A DNA stretch of 64,000 nt, taken from Candidatus Bathyarchaeota archaeon. GTDB taxonomy: Archaea; Thermoproteota; Bathyarchaeia; Bathyarchaeales; Bathycorpusculaceae. The notes under the pieces are model-generated. The model ran no database searches. It was not told the DNA's origin and saw nothing but the letters and a program-made list of their open reading frames with translations. Below are positions 1-10,054 of this stretch, one piece after another. The DNA is taken from NCBI GenBank assembly GCA_963828195.1, contig CAWHDT010000005.1, forward strand, positions 640,001 to 704,000, given 5' to 3'. Each line of letters opens with the position of its first letter. Positions within the stretch are counted from its first letter, which is position 1. The translations under genes were made by a program, and so were the position numbers.

Positions 1-849
1 GTCAATTAATGAAGCTTGTTTTCTTAGTGCCTCTTCAACTTTATTGCGTTCTGTAATGTTTCTTGCCACATGCACTGAGCCAATCAGGTTTCCCTTTGCG
101 TCCCTAATCGGTGTAGTGCTGACTAAGAAGTCGCCTCCAAGGCGGGATTCATGCACTTCAGCTGTGTGTTCTTTTCCGTCTTTTAGGGTTTGTGCGTGTG
201 GACAAAAATCGGGCGGATAATCTAAGCCATGAACACACTCGTAACAGACCAGTCCTATGGCTTTTTCTGGAGTTACTCCTAGCTGTCGCGCCATGGCTTG
301 GTTGGCACGCACGATTTTATACTGGTTATCAAGGATGGCAATGAAATCTGGAAAGCTGCCGAAAGTGAGTTCCCAATCATTCTTTGCCGCCCAAAGCTCA
401 TGCTCGGTCTTTTTGCGTTCGCTTATGTCCTCGAAAACAACTGCGAAATAGCCTTTTTGCGGGCAATACGCAGAGATAGAGAACCACTTGTTCAGGGGCT
501 TAAAAAATATTTCAAACTTTTCTGCCCTACAAGTTAACGCTACTCTGCCATAGATTTCAAATAAGTCGGGGTTTGCTTTTTCAATTCCAGGGATCGCTTC
601 AGTAACCCTTTTTCCCACGATAGCGTCTCTTTTCAGACCAGTTAAACGCTCAAACGCGTCATTAATTTCGAGATATTCGAAGTCAACGGGGTTATTTTGT
701 TTGTCAAAGATCATTCTGCAGTAAGCAAAGCCATCTAACATGTTCTCAAATAAAGCACGATACTTTTTTTCAGATTTACTCAGGTTAGATTTTGCAACGG
801 TGCGATCTGCAAGGTTTTTACTTGTTGTATGCTTTATTGTTGCAGGCAA
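1..849 (-). CDS. PAS-domain S-box sensor protein (3' end runs off window)
   Basis: Manual translation from TTG at 849: MPATIK...SEKKYRALFENMLDGFAYC; a second PAS repeat follows (VHVARNITERNKVEEALR). Not in the ORF track because it is truncated. Confidence 0.8.
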   Translation of the reverse strand, partial: MPATIKHTTSKNLADRTVAKSNLSKSEKKYRALFENMLDGFAYCRMIFDKQNNPVDFEYLEINDAFERLTGLKRDAIVGKRVTEAIPGIEKANPDLFEIYGRVALTCRAEKFEIFFKPLNKWFSISAYCPQKGYFAVVFEDISERKKTEHELWAAKNDWELTFGSFPDFIAILDNQYKIVRANQAMARQLGVTPEKAIGLVCYECVHGLDYPPDFCPHAQTLKDGKEHTAEVHESRLGGDFLVSTTPIRDAKGNLIGSVHVARNITERNKVEEALRKQASLID

Positions 850-1069
850 AAAAAATAATCAGTCCTTACTAAAAAAAAGTACCGTACTTATTTAAAAAGT
901 TACCGTACGCACCTAATACGCTTATTTTTCCGTTGAAAATCACAAATAAGAAACAGGTTTCAAAGTACCCGCAAAAAAAATAAGAGCTAAAGAAAACGCC
1001 CGTATATTTTAGTCAACACTGATTGGACCTGCAAAATTGGGATAAAACAAGTTGGGCAGTGGTAGGAAC

Positions 1070-1822
1070 CTATGGCATAACTGCTGCGCCGATTAGGGTG
1101 ACGGGTGTCACTGGCTGAGATACTTCGCCGCTGTATGCTGCACTGGCTTCCACTTGCACATTGGAGATTGCCATTACGACGTTTTGGCCGTATATTACTT
1201 GACCGAAGACCGTGTATGAAGTGTCGAAGCTTGGGTAGAGATTATTGTTGTTTGCAACGTTGATGAAGAATTGTGTGCTTGCTGAGTTCGGCTGGCCCGT
1301 GTTTGCCATGGCTATTGTCATATTGCTGTTCACGTTATCGTTGCCTATCTCGTCTTGAATCGTAGGTTCAGAGGTTGCGCCTTCTCCGCCCTGAATCATG
1401 AAGCCTGCAAGGACTCTTTGGAAGACAGTGTCGTTATAGTATCCTTCCTTAACCAAGTTTACGAAGTTGGTTGTGGTTATGGGTTTGTCGTCTCGCATCT
1501 GAATAACTATGTCGCCCATGGAAGTTACGAAGAGAACCTGTGTTCCTCCTGCACTGTACTCGCCTGTCGGAGAAGTCAGCGGAGTCACGGAGGGAATACC
1601 TGTTGATGAAGTTGCAGTCGGTGAAGCGGTGGGAGATGGTGAAGAGGTGGTTACCGCCTCATTAGGACTTGCCTTATGCGAGATACTTTGATCAATAACG
1701 CCGTAAGCGATAATTGAAATGGCGATAACCGCTATAATCGCATATGCAATCATCTTTCGGTTTTTCCCCCGCGTTTTAGGATTGTAAGTTTTAACTTTAA
1801 CTTTGCTTTTTTTAGAGCTCAT
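1070..1822 (-). CDS. Membrane-anchored cyclophilin-type peptidyl-prolyl isomerase
   Basis: FQRVLAGFMIQGG, IAMANTGQPNSASTQFFIN and YTVFGQV motifs; N-terminal TM and S/T/P linker; likely start MSSKK at 1822. Confidence 0.9.
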   Translation of the reverse strand: MSSKKSKVKVKTYNPKTRGKNRKMIAYAIIAVIAISIIAYGVIDQSISHKASPNEAVTTSSPSPTASPTATSSTGIPSVTPLTSPTGEYSAGGTQVLFVTSMGDIVIQMRDDKPITTTNFVNLVKEGYYNDTVFQRVLAGFMIQGGEGATSEPTIQDEIGNDNVNSNMTIAMANTGQPNSASTQFFINVANNNNLYPSFDTSYTVFGQVIYGQNVVMAISNVQVEASAAYSGEVSQPVTPVTLIGAAVMP

Positions 1823-2000
1823 GACCAGAATTATAAAACATTTTTTATTTAAACATTTCAGATTTTCGCTCACAACGACGGCGTTCCCCAAGTTTGCTGA
1901 AAAACTCTGGGAAATCGAGCCAGATCATCTTGAGATTTTATTTCATTTGTTTCAAGAGAAATTGTCTTGGCTCTAAAGAGTTGGAAAGTGTGGTTTTTGG

Positions 2001-2594
2001 CTAGAAGGGGAATCCTCTGCGACGCCCGGATTGCCGCTGCTGGTCTGGTTGTCTTGCTGCTGGGAATCTGGAGAGGTGCTCGTGTATTATTTTCCAGGTT
2101 GAGTCTTGTTTTTTCAGAACGGCGGTGACTCGTGAAGTTACGTCAAACTGCTCGTTTCTCATGGTTGCCTTGTAGTTTATGGTGAAGGTGGCTAAGGCTG
2201 CGTCGCCGAGAACTGTTTCTTTGAAGTCTTTAAGTTCGTACGTGTAGTTGGAGAGGACTTTGAAGGCGGCGAACTCTGTCTGCAATGCTTGTGCACGCTC
2301 CTGCCGCTGATAGGGAGGCCAATCGTCAAATCTGCTGTAGTTCTCATCCAAAACCGCTGTAATTGTTTTTTCATCTTTGTTCTTTAACGCATCAAACCTC
2401 AAGACTATAACGCCTCTGACCTCATCTCCAGCGCCAGTTGAAGGCGGGTTTACAGGCGAGTTTTGAGAAGCAACCTGACTTTGAGGGCTTGAAGCAGCTG
2501 ACGGGCTTTGGGTTGAGGCGGTCAGTTTACTTCCGCACCAGTTGCAGAAAACGTTTCCTTCGTCATTTTCTTTTCCGCATGTTGGGCACAGCAT
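2001..2594 (-). CDS. Zinc-ribbon + NTF2/SnoaL-like (DUF4440-type) protein
   Basis: CPTCG...CNWCG N-terminus; C-terminal WKIIHEHLS typical of NTF2-like folds. Confidence 0.75.
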   Translation of the reverse strand: MLCPTCGKENDEGNVFCNWCGSKLTASTQSPSAASSPQSQVASQNSPVNPPSTGAGDEVRGVIVLRFDALKNKDEKTITAVLDENYSRFDDWPPYQRQERAQALQTEFAAFKVLSNYTYELKDFKETVLGDAALATFTINYKATMRNEQFDVTSRVTAVLKKQDSTWKIIHEHLSRFPAARQPDQQRQSGRRRGFPF

Positions 2595-2761
2595 TTTATT
2601 TTCTCCGTCCTGAAGGGTTTTCTTGCTTATAATTCAAGGCAATCTTAAGTATATTTTCCCAGCAAAAAAACTGAAGATCATTTTGCCAACGAGTTCGCAG
2701 GGAAAAAAAGGCGGTTGCGTCCGTTTTGCATATTAACAAGAAATGTTACATAAATTTGGCA

Positions 2762-3571
2762 ATGAAGAAATCGTTACTCATCGCGATTGTTGCGGCATTA
2801 ATCATTATTGTTTTAGCAGCTTCAATACTTGCGATTAACAGAATTGACGCTGCACCAAAATCCACTGTGACAAATTACACTTACACTGTGGTTAACACGT
2901 ACCCTCATGATACTAGCGCCTTCACCGAGGGGCTCTTTTACTCAGATGGTTTTCTCTACGAATGCAGCGGCAGCGGAAACCTACCCGCCATTTCGACTTT
3001 GCGCCGCGAGAATTTGACCTCTGGCACCATCTTGCAGGAGTACACTTTGCCAACTCAGTACTTCGGCGAAGGCATAGCAGTAGTCAACGGCACAATTATA
3101 CAGCTAACTTGGCAGTCAAACATAGGCTTCATTTACAACCAAACCACATTTGCTCTGATAGGAAACTTTACTTATCCCACGCAGGGTTGGGGGTTAACCT
3201 TTGACGGAAAAAACCTCATTATGAGCGACGGCACCGACCACCTTTACTTCTTGAATCCCACAAGTTTTCAGCAGACAGGAGAAATCCAGGTTCTTGACGG
3301 AAACACGCCTGTATTAAACATCAACTCGCTAGCCTACATCAACGGCGAAATCTACGCCAACATTTGGTTCACGAACACAATCGCCATAATCAACCCCGAA
3401 AATGGACAAGTTAAAGCCTGGATTAACCTCGCGGGACTCCCAGACGAAAACAATTCAAACCTCAACGCCGTGCTCAACGGCATAGCCTACGACCAACAAA
3501 ACAACAGGCTATTTGTAACAGGCAAAGACTGGCCAAACCTCTACCAGATAAAACTAGTACCGCAAAACTAA
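2762..3571 (+). CDS. Glutaminyl-peptide cyclotransferase (bacterial/plant type)
   Basis: YPHD..AFTEGL, FGEGI, QLTW, GWGL, MSDG, LNGIAYD and TGKDWP motifs; signal anchor. Confidence 0.88.
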   Translation: MKKSLLIAIVAALIIIVLAASILAINRIDAAPKSTVTNYTYTVVNTYPHDTSAFTEGLFYSDGFLYECSGSGNLPAISTLRRENLTSGTILQEYTLPTQYFGEGIAVVNGTIIQLTWQSNIGFIYNQTTFALIGNFTYPTQGWGLTFDGKNLIMSDGTDHLYFLNPTSFQQTGEIQVLDGNTPVLNINSLAYINGEIYANIWFTNTIAIINPENGQVKAWINLAGLPDENNSNLNAVLNGIAYDQQNNRLFVTGKDWPNLYQIKLVPQN

Positions 3572-3663
3572 CCAAACAACTTAACACAGTGGTCCTAAAA
3601 ATAATTAAAGTTTTTCTTCCACATTTTTTAGGGTTAAACTGATGGTTTGTTACCGAAGCTGCC

Positions 3664-4455
3664 TTAACGTTTCGCTATGTAGAAAGATGCGGCAGCTAAT
3701 GGAGCCACAATGGCGTAGGAAACTGCAGTGCCCAGCCAGATCCCCCAAATTGGGTACAGGTACCTGACAGCTACACAGAAGGGAATAATCGTTAAAATGC
3801 CCGACAACACCAGAGGCTTAGTTACCGATCGCGAAAACTCCGTTCCCCTGCTCCTGTTCAAAATTACCAAAGTCGAAGTAAAAACTGCTGGAAACGCAGC
3901 CGCAATCCCGCCCAACACAGGACCGCCAATTTGACTTAAAACCACAGAAAGCAAAACAAGCGATCCAGCGCCGACTCCACGCAGCACAACATCACGAAGC
4001 CTGTAGTCTCTGGTTTCACCCGTTTGCTTTGTTAGTTTCAGCTTTTTAGCGAAGGCAAGATAGGTTAAAACTGAAATCGCCGCTCCCGCAACTAAGCAAA
4101 CTGCAAAATCTTTCAGGCCAGACGCAACAATCAAGCCGGAAAACACAAACCATAAGGCGAGGGAAAACGTGATTCCGCGGCTGAACCCTTTCTGGGCGAA
4201 AAAAGCGTAGAAGAAAAGATACGCGCTTGTTATGCCGAAGGCTAAGGGAAACACGGTTGTGGCTTGAACTGCCGCGGCTGAAGATTGGTTGATGCCGATG
4301 AAGAAAAACGAGAAAGCCGACGTGGAGGGAAGACCGCCGAGGATTCCGCCTAAGACGCTTCCTTTCTTTTCTGCAACGATCGTGATTATGGTGACCCATA
4401 GGCTTCCGACGGCGAATGCGAGAAAAAGATGCAGTAGAAACGAGTCGGTAACCAT
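3664..4455 (-). CDS. Polytopic membrane protein with internal duplication (DUF3147-like)
   Basis: Two similar halves (LGGILGGLP / LGGIAAAFP), about 8 TM segments. Confidence 0.6.
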   Translation of the reverse strand: MVTDSFLLHLFLAFAVGSLWVTIITIVAEKKGSVLGGILGGLPSTSAFSFFFIGINQSSAAAVQATTVFPLAFGITSAYLFFYAFFAQKGFSRGITFSLALWFVFSGLIVASGLKDFAVCLVAGAAISVLTYLAFAKKLKLTKQTGETRDYRLRDVVLRGVGAGSLVLLSVVLSQIGGPVLGGIAAAFPAVFTSTLVILNRSRGTEFSRSVTKPLVLSGILTIIPFCVAVRYLYPIWGIWLGTAVSYAIVAPLAAASFYIAKR

Positions 4456-4689
4456 GTTTGAGCCTTTGCAACATATGGCAGATTAGGGATTAATTAATTC
4501 TTCCAAGGAATTTTGATAAAGGTCAATTGAAAAAAGGCTGTTTCAGACAGACATACTGCAGCGGAGTAGGTTTTGAAGCAACGGTATTTTATTATTACAA
4601 AAAAACGTGATGTTAGAGTTAAGTAGCGCTTAGCGAAAAATAGAAATCTCAGTAGAGCAACTCATAGAAAGTATTCTGGAGACTTTGGC

Positions 4690-5157
4690 TTGCCAAACGA
4701 CGCAGATGTGAAGCTTGAAGACACAACTTTCAGTGTTTACTTGTACGTGGCTAAAGAACGCAAGCCCGTTGGCCCCCGAGAAGTCATGCGTGGCGCACAT
4801 CTTAGCAGTCCGAGCGTGGCTTATCGGCATCTTCAGAAACTTGAAGACTCGGGGCTGCTAAAGAAAAACGAGTACGGCGAATACCTCCTTAAAAAGAAAA
4901 TGAAGGTCAACGGATACCGCTGGCTTGGACGAAGACTGCAGCCTAACGCAACGTTCTACTTCTATTTTTTCCTGGCGCTTTTCATCGCCGAGGCTGTGAT
5001 TTTAGCACTCCACTATAGGGTCGAAACCGACGAGTTCAAAATCTTCTTCGCACTTGGTCTCACGATAACTGGAGCAGCCATGGTCCTTTTCCTTAAAGAA
5101 GCAAGGACGCTAACTAAGAAACTGTGGAAAACTCCAGCCAATAACAAAGACGAATAA
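4690..5157 (+). CDS. Winged-HTH regulator with two C-terminal TM helices
   Basis: VGPREVMR..LSSPSVAYRHLQKL wHTH followed by two hydrophobic helices. Confidence 0.7.
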   Translation: MPNDADVKLEDTTFSVYLYVAKERKPVGPREVMRGAHLSSPSVAYRHLQKLEDSGLLKKNEYGEYLLKKKMKVNGYRWLGRRLQPNATFYFYFFLALFIAEAVILALHYRVETDEFKIFFALGLTITGAAMVLFLKEARTLTKKLWKTPANNKDE

Positions 5158-5233
5158 TTCCTAACTTCCTCATTAAAGTCGGATCTTCCTCTTGAAATTG
5201 GACTAAACTTGACATTCTAAAATATGCAAGTGC

Positions 5234-5282
5234 GTGTTCTTCTTGTGGAACACTGTGTTCTTTGGGGAGAGCTATATACCGC
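5234..5282 (+). promoter_or_regulatory. Conserved 49-bp upstream element with GAACA-N3-TGTTC palindrome (copy 1)
   Basis: 38/49 ungapped identity to the reverse complement of 12597-12645; both precede secreted-protein genes. Confidence 0.65.
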
Positions 5283-5320
5283 ATGCGTAGCAATATCCCT
5301 TGGTGTAGGAGAGAAATCTC

Positions 5321-7228
5321 ATGAAATCAAACATAAAACGGTTCGTTCCTGCTCTTCTTCTCATAACTCTAATCATGATAATGAGCGCGCCGGAATATGC
5401 GTCTGCGTCTTCCAGTTTTTCCCCCGGCCCGTCGGCTCCAAACGATTCCGTGGTCACCGCAAACTCTTCGGTAGCTGCCAAAACAATAACTGTCCCCGAA
5501 GACTACCCGACCATTACCGATGCGATCGGAAACGCTTCGGCAGGCGACACGATTCTGGTTCAAAGCGGAACCTATTTTGAAAACCCAGTAGTCGATAAAC
5601 CGTTAACGCTGCAAGGTGAAAACAGCGCGAACACCTTAGTGGTGGGAGCAGGCGGCTACGTGGGAGCCAGCGTTTTCACGGTTACGGCGGATAACGTGGT
5701 GATTTCAGGCTTCACAATTACAAGCCTTAACTATTCATCTTCTTCGAGCTACGCATACGGCGTCATGATACAGGCAGATAAATGCACGATAACAGGCAAC
5801 AACATCGTTAACACGGCATCGGGTATTTACTGCTCCGTTCAATCCTCCGCCATGATCGCTCAAAACAATATAACTGAAAATCAACACAACGGCATCATGT
5901 TCTTCGGCGGCTCAGACAACACCATATCAGACAACAACATATCAGGCAACACGGGATCCGCCATCACGCTTGAAGGCTACTCAGATAACATAACGGAAAA
6001 CACCCTGTCCCAAAACACCATGGGCATAGGGATGAGCGCAACTTACTCAGTGATCTACGGGAACAACATGACTGGAAACAGCAATTCAGGCATTTACCTA
6101 ACAGGCGCCTACAACGTCATAGCAGCCAACTACCTCGCCGACAACAAATACGGCATCTACATAGTCCCAAGCTTCGGCTTAGCCAGCGACAACACAATAT
6201 TCCACAACGACTTCACAGACAACCAGCAAAACGCCTACTCCACCTCCCCGTTTAACATCCAAGTTTGGGACAACGGATCCCAAGGAAACTACTGGAGCGA
6301 TTACTCTACGACTTGCCCTAATGCAATTGAGACTGGCAACTCTGGAATAATGAATCAGCCCTACACGATTTGCGCCAACAACACCGACAAATACCCGCTC
6401 ATGGCACCTTTTGATGTCTCAACCGCCACCGGCTCGCCAAGCGAAAAAACTCCGCCAGCCGCCGGCTCCAACAATGTTGTCGCTTCATGGAGCCTAGATA
6501 ACGTTCAAGGAAACAACGTTACACTGGACTCGACTGGAGCTAACTCCGCGGTTTTGGGGCTTGAGCAAGGCAACATTTCCTATACTCCGCCGCTGGTCCA
6601 GGGAAAATTCGGCGAAGCCATGTACTTTGACGGGGGCGGCTACGCATACGTTCCGTCTTCACCCAGCTTAAACATCCCTGCAGACATCACCATCGACGCA
6701 TGGGTTAACGTAAACCAATTCAAAGACGTGGAATACAACAACATAGTGATTGAGTTCGTGAATACCCCCGCCAAGTATCCAACTCGGATTCTTGGACTCG
6801 CCATAAACGGATTAGCACCCAGCAACAGCAGCTCCCCAGCGCTGGGAGACTTAATCGGCTACGTAACAACCGACACAGGAGGCTTCAACCAGATAATAAC
6901 CACCCAGCCGATTCCCCTAAACCAGTGGATCCAGGTCGAGTTCGCCCGCAGCACCCAAACAGGCATGCACATCTACGTGAACGGGGTAGAACAGAACGTG
7001 ACAGTCACAAACGGAGTGCAGAACCCCACCGGATCAATATTGCAGGCGACGGGACTGTACTTTGGGCATGACTCAATAACCACCCTCGAAGACATCCAAA
7101 TCCTCAACGTCGCCTCGGCACCCGGAGGCACGCCTGATTGGCAACAATGGTGGTTCTGGACTCCCGTAGCCGCCATTTTCGCCGTATTAGTTGCAGCAGC
7201 ATACTACGTAAGCAAAAAACGGCATTAA
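5321..7228 (+). CDS. Cell-surface NosD/parallel beta-helix + LamG-like protein
   Basis: Signal peptide, VPEDYPTI, N-rich beta-helix repeats, GNYWSDY, GKFGEAMYFDG LamG motif, C-terminal TM. Confidence 0.8.
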   Translation: MKSNIKRFVPALLLITLIMIMSAPEYASASSSFSPGPSAPNDSVVTANSSVAAKTITVPEDYPTITDAIGNASAGDTILVQSGTYFENPVVDKPLTLQGENSANTLVVGAGGYVGASVFTVTADNVVISGFTITSLNYSSSSSYAYGVMIQADKCTITGNNIVNTASGIYCSVQSSAMIAQNNITENQHNGIMFFGGSDNTISDNNISGNTGSAITLEGYSDNITENTLSQNTMGIGMSATYSVIYGNNMTGNSNSGIYLTGAYNVIAANYLADNKYGIYIVPSFGLASDNTIFHNDFTDNQQNAYSTSPFNIQVWDNGSQGNYWSDYSTTCPNAIETGNSGIMNQPYTICANNTDKYPLMAPFDVSTATGSPSEKTPPAAGSNNVVASWSLDNVQGNNVTLDSTGANSAVLGLEQGNISYTPPLVQGKFGEAMYFDGGGYAYVPSSPSLNIPADITIDAWVNVNQFKDVEYNNIVIEFVNTPAKYPTRILGLAINGLAPSNSSSPALGDLIGYVTTDTGGFNQIITTQPIPLNQWIQVEFARSTQTGMHIYVNGVEQNVTVTNGVQNPTGSILQATGLYFGHDSITTLEDIQILNVASAPGGTPDWQQWWFWTPVAAIFAVLVAAAYYVSKKRH

Positions 7229-7281
7229 ACGAAACGACCCAATCGCCGAGCCTCAAGATTAAATTGCCTCTTAGTTTTTTC

Positions 7282-7590
7282 CTATTTTTCTATTAAAATG
7301 TTTGATTTAACTCGTTTTCTTTTTGATACTCCGAACAGCTCATAAATCACAGCATATAAAATAAGAAAAACGATGAAACCTGTTGAAATTGCTGCATCAG
7401 AAAAATTTGAATACAAGATTAAAACAATGCAAATTGACGTAAGTATTATCGTGTAAACAGGGAAAATCCACCGGTCCGCTTTGGAGTTTCTGAATTTTGA
7501 AACTCTATTTTCAACCGGCATTTTAGTAACATTCGGTTCTTTAGGAAGCCAACCTCTAATTCGATTTTCCAAACTTTTTCTAACGTTCAT
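7282..7590 (-). CDS. Small two-TM membrane protein
   Basis: ENRIRGWLPKEP N-terminus plus 2 TM; overlaps stop of the upstream HTH gene (ATGA). Confidence 0.6.
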   Translation of the reverse strand: MNVRKSLENRIRGWLPKEPNVTKMPVENRVSKFRNSKADRWIFPVYTIILTSICIVLILYSNFSDAAISTGFIVFLILYAVIYELFGVSKRKRVKSNILIEK

Positions 7591-8069
7591 GTTTTCAACT
7601 CTGGAATAAGTTGGGTGAAAATCATGTGTGCCAGTTTAGCTGGATGAATTTCCGTTGCATTTTCTATTTCTATGCCTCTTTCTTTGGCGATCTCCATGAG
7701 GTATTGTCTTGTTTGGTTTAGGAAGGCTGTGTCGGTTACTTCTTCGGGGTTGTCGTGCCAGTACCAGACTTTTAGTCCGTGGCTGGTTGTGTAGGTGATG
7801 ATGGCTTTTTGTTTGAGTGCTGGGTGGTAGCCGAGCAGGATGGCTTGTTTTGGGATAAGTTTTGTTACTTGGAGGTCATTTACTTGTGCGACGTCTAGAA
7901 GTGTTGTTGCCAGTTTGGCTTCGGCGGCTAATCTGGTTTGGTTGACGTATTGTCGTGTTGTGCTGAGTTTTTCGGCTATGTTTGAGACTGAGAAGCCTTC
8001 GCAAATTAGTGCCCAAACAGTTTTTTGGCTTTGGCTTAATGGCGAAGAGATTGAACAGCTTGGACTCAT
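7587..8069 (-). CDS. HTH (sigma-70 region 4-like) DNA-binding protein
   Basis: GFSVSNIAEKLSTTRQYV HTH; GTAAATA...TATTTAC palindrome upstream (8079-8098). Confidence 0.6.
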   Translation of the reverse strand: MSPSCSISSPLSQSQKTVWALICEGFSVSNIAEKLSTTRQYVNQTRLAAEAKLATTLLDVAQVNDLQVTKLIPKQAILLGYHPALKQKAIITYTTSHGLKVWYWHDNPEEVTDTAFLNQTRQYLMEIAKERGIEIENATEIHPAKLAHMIFTQLIPELKT

Positions 8070-8249
8070 AATTCATCTGTAAATAGTTACATATTTACTA
8101 ATATTTAAATTTAATCTGTGCGATGACATAGCCCTGCTTTATTGAGAAACTGGATTCTCGCCGCAAAAAAATTTTGATGGAAATATTGTTTAAATTTTGT
8201 TGAAAAGTATTAAATACTGTTAGCGCTGACTAAGGGGAAGGGGATTCGT

Positions 8250-8954
8250 TTGAGTGGGGAAGAAAAAGCAGTATCTAAAACAGAAAATAAGTATCCTTGG
8301 AGCAATTATACTTTAAAATGGGGCAGAGGAGAACCCGTCTCGACAACGCAGTACGTGCTCTACGCTGTGCAGATAGCAGCTGTCATAATTCTGTCATACC
8401 TTAGCGTCGTATTACTGGGTCCACTAAGCTACTCTGGCATTTCACTTTTCTACTTCGTTTACCCCTTCTTCCTTGTCTTCACCATGTGGTGGGGAATTTG
8501 GGGAATCGTCGGAGCATACGTTGGATGCGTCATAGGCGCTGGCTTAATGGTGGGTTTAGGACCCGTTGCATCCGCAGCTTACGCAATCAGCGATTTAATT
8601 CCGCCATTGCTTGTCTTCATAATTTACCGTGGCTTTCTCGCAAACAGAGGCATCGACCCGCTTTGGAGGGACTTAACGGAGAAAGAAGTTGCAGGCGTCA
8701 AAACAAAAAGAGTAACCGCTTGGATTCTGTTCATCGCGATAAATGGGCTGATCCTCAACGCAATCAGTGCAGAGATGGGCGTCGGAATAGAGAACGCTCT
8801 TGGGCTGATTCCGTCAGGTGCATACTGGGGATGGTGGGCAGGATGGTTCGCAGGAGACTTAGTAGCCATGATAATAATTACGCCAGTGCTGGTCAAAGGA
8901 CTCACAAACCTTGTCGAACGTCAAGGACTCATAAACGGCGGATGGTTCACTTAG
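8250..8954 (+). CDS. Probable ECF transporter substrate-specific membrane component
   Basis: About 6 TM; first gene of an operon with EcfT and a double ATPase. Confidence 0.6.
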   Translation: MSGEEKAVSKTENKYPWSNYTLKWGRGEPVSTTQYVLYAVQIAAVIILSYLSVVLLGPLSYSGISLFYFVYPFFLVFTMWWGIWGIVGAYVGCVIGAGLMVGLGPVASAAYAISDLIPPLLVFIIYRGFLANRGIDPLWRDLTEKEVAGVKTKRVTAWILFIAINGLILNAISAEMGVGIENALGLIPSGAYWGWWAGWFAGDLVAMIIITPVLVKGLTNLVERQGLINGGWFT

Positions 8955-8992
8955 CAGTCGCACACTTAAGCTAAAAACTACAGGGATCTTAT

Positions 8993-10054
8993 TTGGCAAG
9001 GGACGACGTTGAAGCACGTACTTCAAAGAAGTATGTGCGCACCTTCATTTTTTCTATGAAAACGGGAACCCCAATCGAGAAACTACACGTTATCACTAAA
9101 TTCTTCATGATAGCCGCAATGTCGGTTTTAGCCCTCTACATGTTCGACATACCCGTCTCAAAAGGCGGCCCTGACATATCGGGTCTCATATTTTTGCTCA
9201 TCATCGTTTTCGCACTGCTGATTATTTCTGGAACCTCAAAATACTTAGCTAACTCGTACCTTCTCCTGGCTTTGCCGGTGCCGATAAGCGAATTTATTTG
9301 GTGGCTTTTTCTCAACGGAAAGCTGCCCGGAGCAAAAGAAGCATTTTACCTGTGGCCAGGGTTCTTTCCAATCGGAATTTCAACAATAGTGTTAATAGGT
9401 GTTTTCGGAGTGGTTTATTACCGCACAAAAAGCTTTATCATAGCTATTATACCCGCAGTTTTGCTTTGGTGGCTCACCTGCATATCGGGGGCGGTGGATT
9501 TTTCGCTATTGACCACGTGGATTAGGATTCCGCTGGGACCCGCATCAAGCTTCATGCTGCCAAGCTGGGCAGCAACAGTTGCTTTATCGAAGGCTTTGGG
9601 ATTCGCCGTGTTGATTTACACTTCATTTCTCTTTCTGCTTACAACAAGAGATTCGGAGATAGCTGGAGCGATGAGGCAGATCGGTCTCTCATTCAAAAAA
9701 GCCTTTTTCATCGCGTTGATTTTCAGGAGCCTAAACACGCTGCTAATAGATTACGAAAATATCAGGATGGCGCAGACAGCGCGGGCAGCGGGTGTAAATA
9801 GAAAAAACGTTTTTTCAAAAATAATTGATTTGGCCTACGTGTCGATACCGCTGGTTGCAACGATGATCCGTCGGTCAACGGAGATGGGTGTTGCGCTGTA
9901 TGCAAGAGGGTTTGAATCGTCCAAGAAGGTGACTTCATTTAGGGAAACTAAAGGAATAAGCTACATGGATGTTATAGTCATCGTGATTCTGAGCGTTTTC
10001 CTAATATATGAGGTGTTCCTTGGGCACACCATAAATAGCTTGTTCATAAGGTGA
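8993..10054 (+). CDS. ecfT: ECF transporter transmembrane T component
   Basis: AQTAR and ALYARGF conserved Arg motifs; LLTT...AM. Confidence 0.82.
   Translation: MARDDVEARTSKKYVRTFIFSMKTGTPIEKLHVITKFFMIAAMSVLALYMFDIPVSKGGPDISGLIFLLIIVFALLIISGTSKYLANSYLLLALPVPISEFIWWLFLNGKLPGAKEAFYLWPGFFPIGISTIVLIGVFGVVYYRTKSFIIAIIPAVLLWWLTCISGAVDFSLLTTWIRIPLGPASSFMLPSWAATVALSKALGFAVLIYTSFLFLLTTRDSEIAGAMRQIGLSFKKAFFIALIFRSLNTLLIDYENIRMAQTARAAGVNRKNVFSKIIDLAYVSIPLVATMIRRSTEMGVALYARGFESSKKVTSFRETKGISYMDVIVIVILSVFLIYEVFLGHTINSLFIR

Noticed and set aside
257-537. Plus-strand short ORFs, representative of the many antisense ORFs in the track
   Set aside because: Shadows of well-supported genes on the opposite strand.
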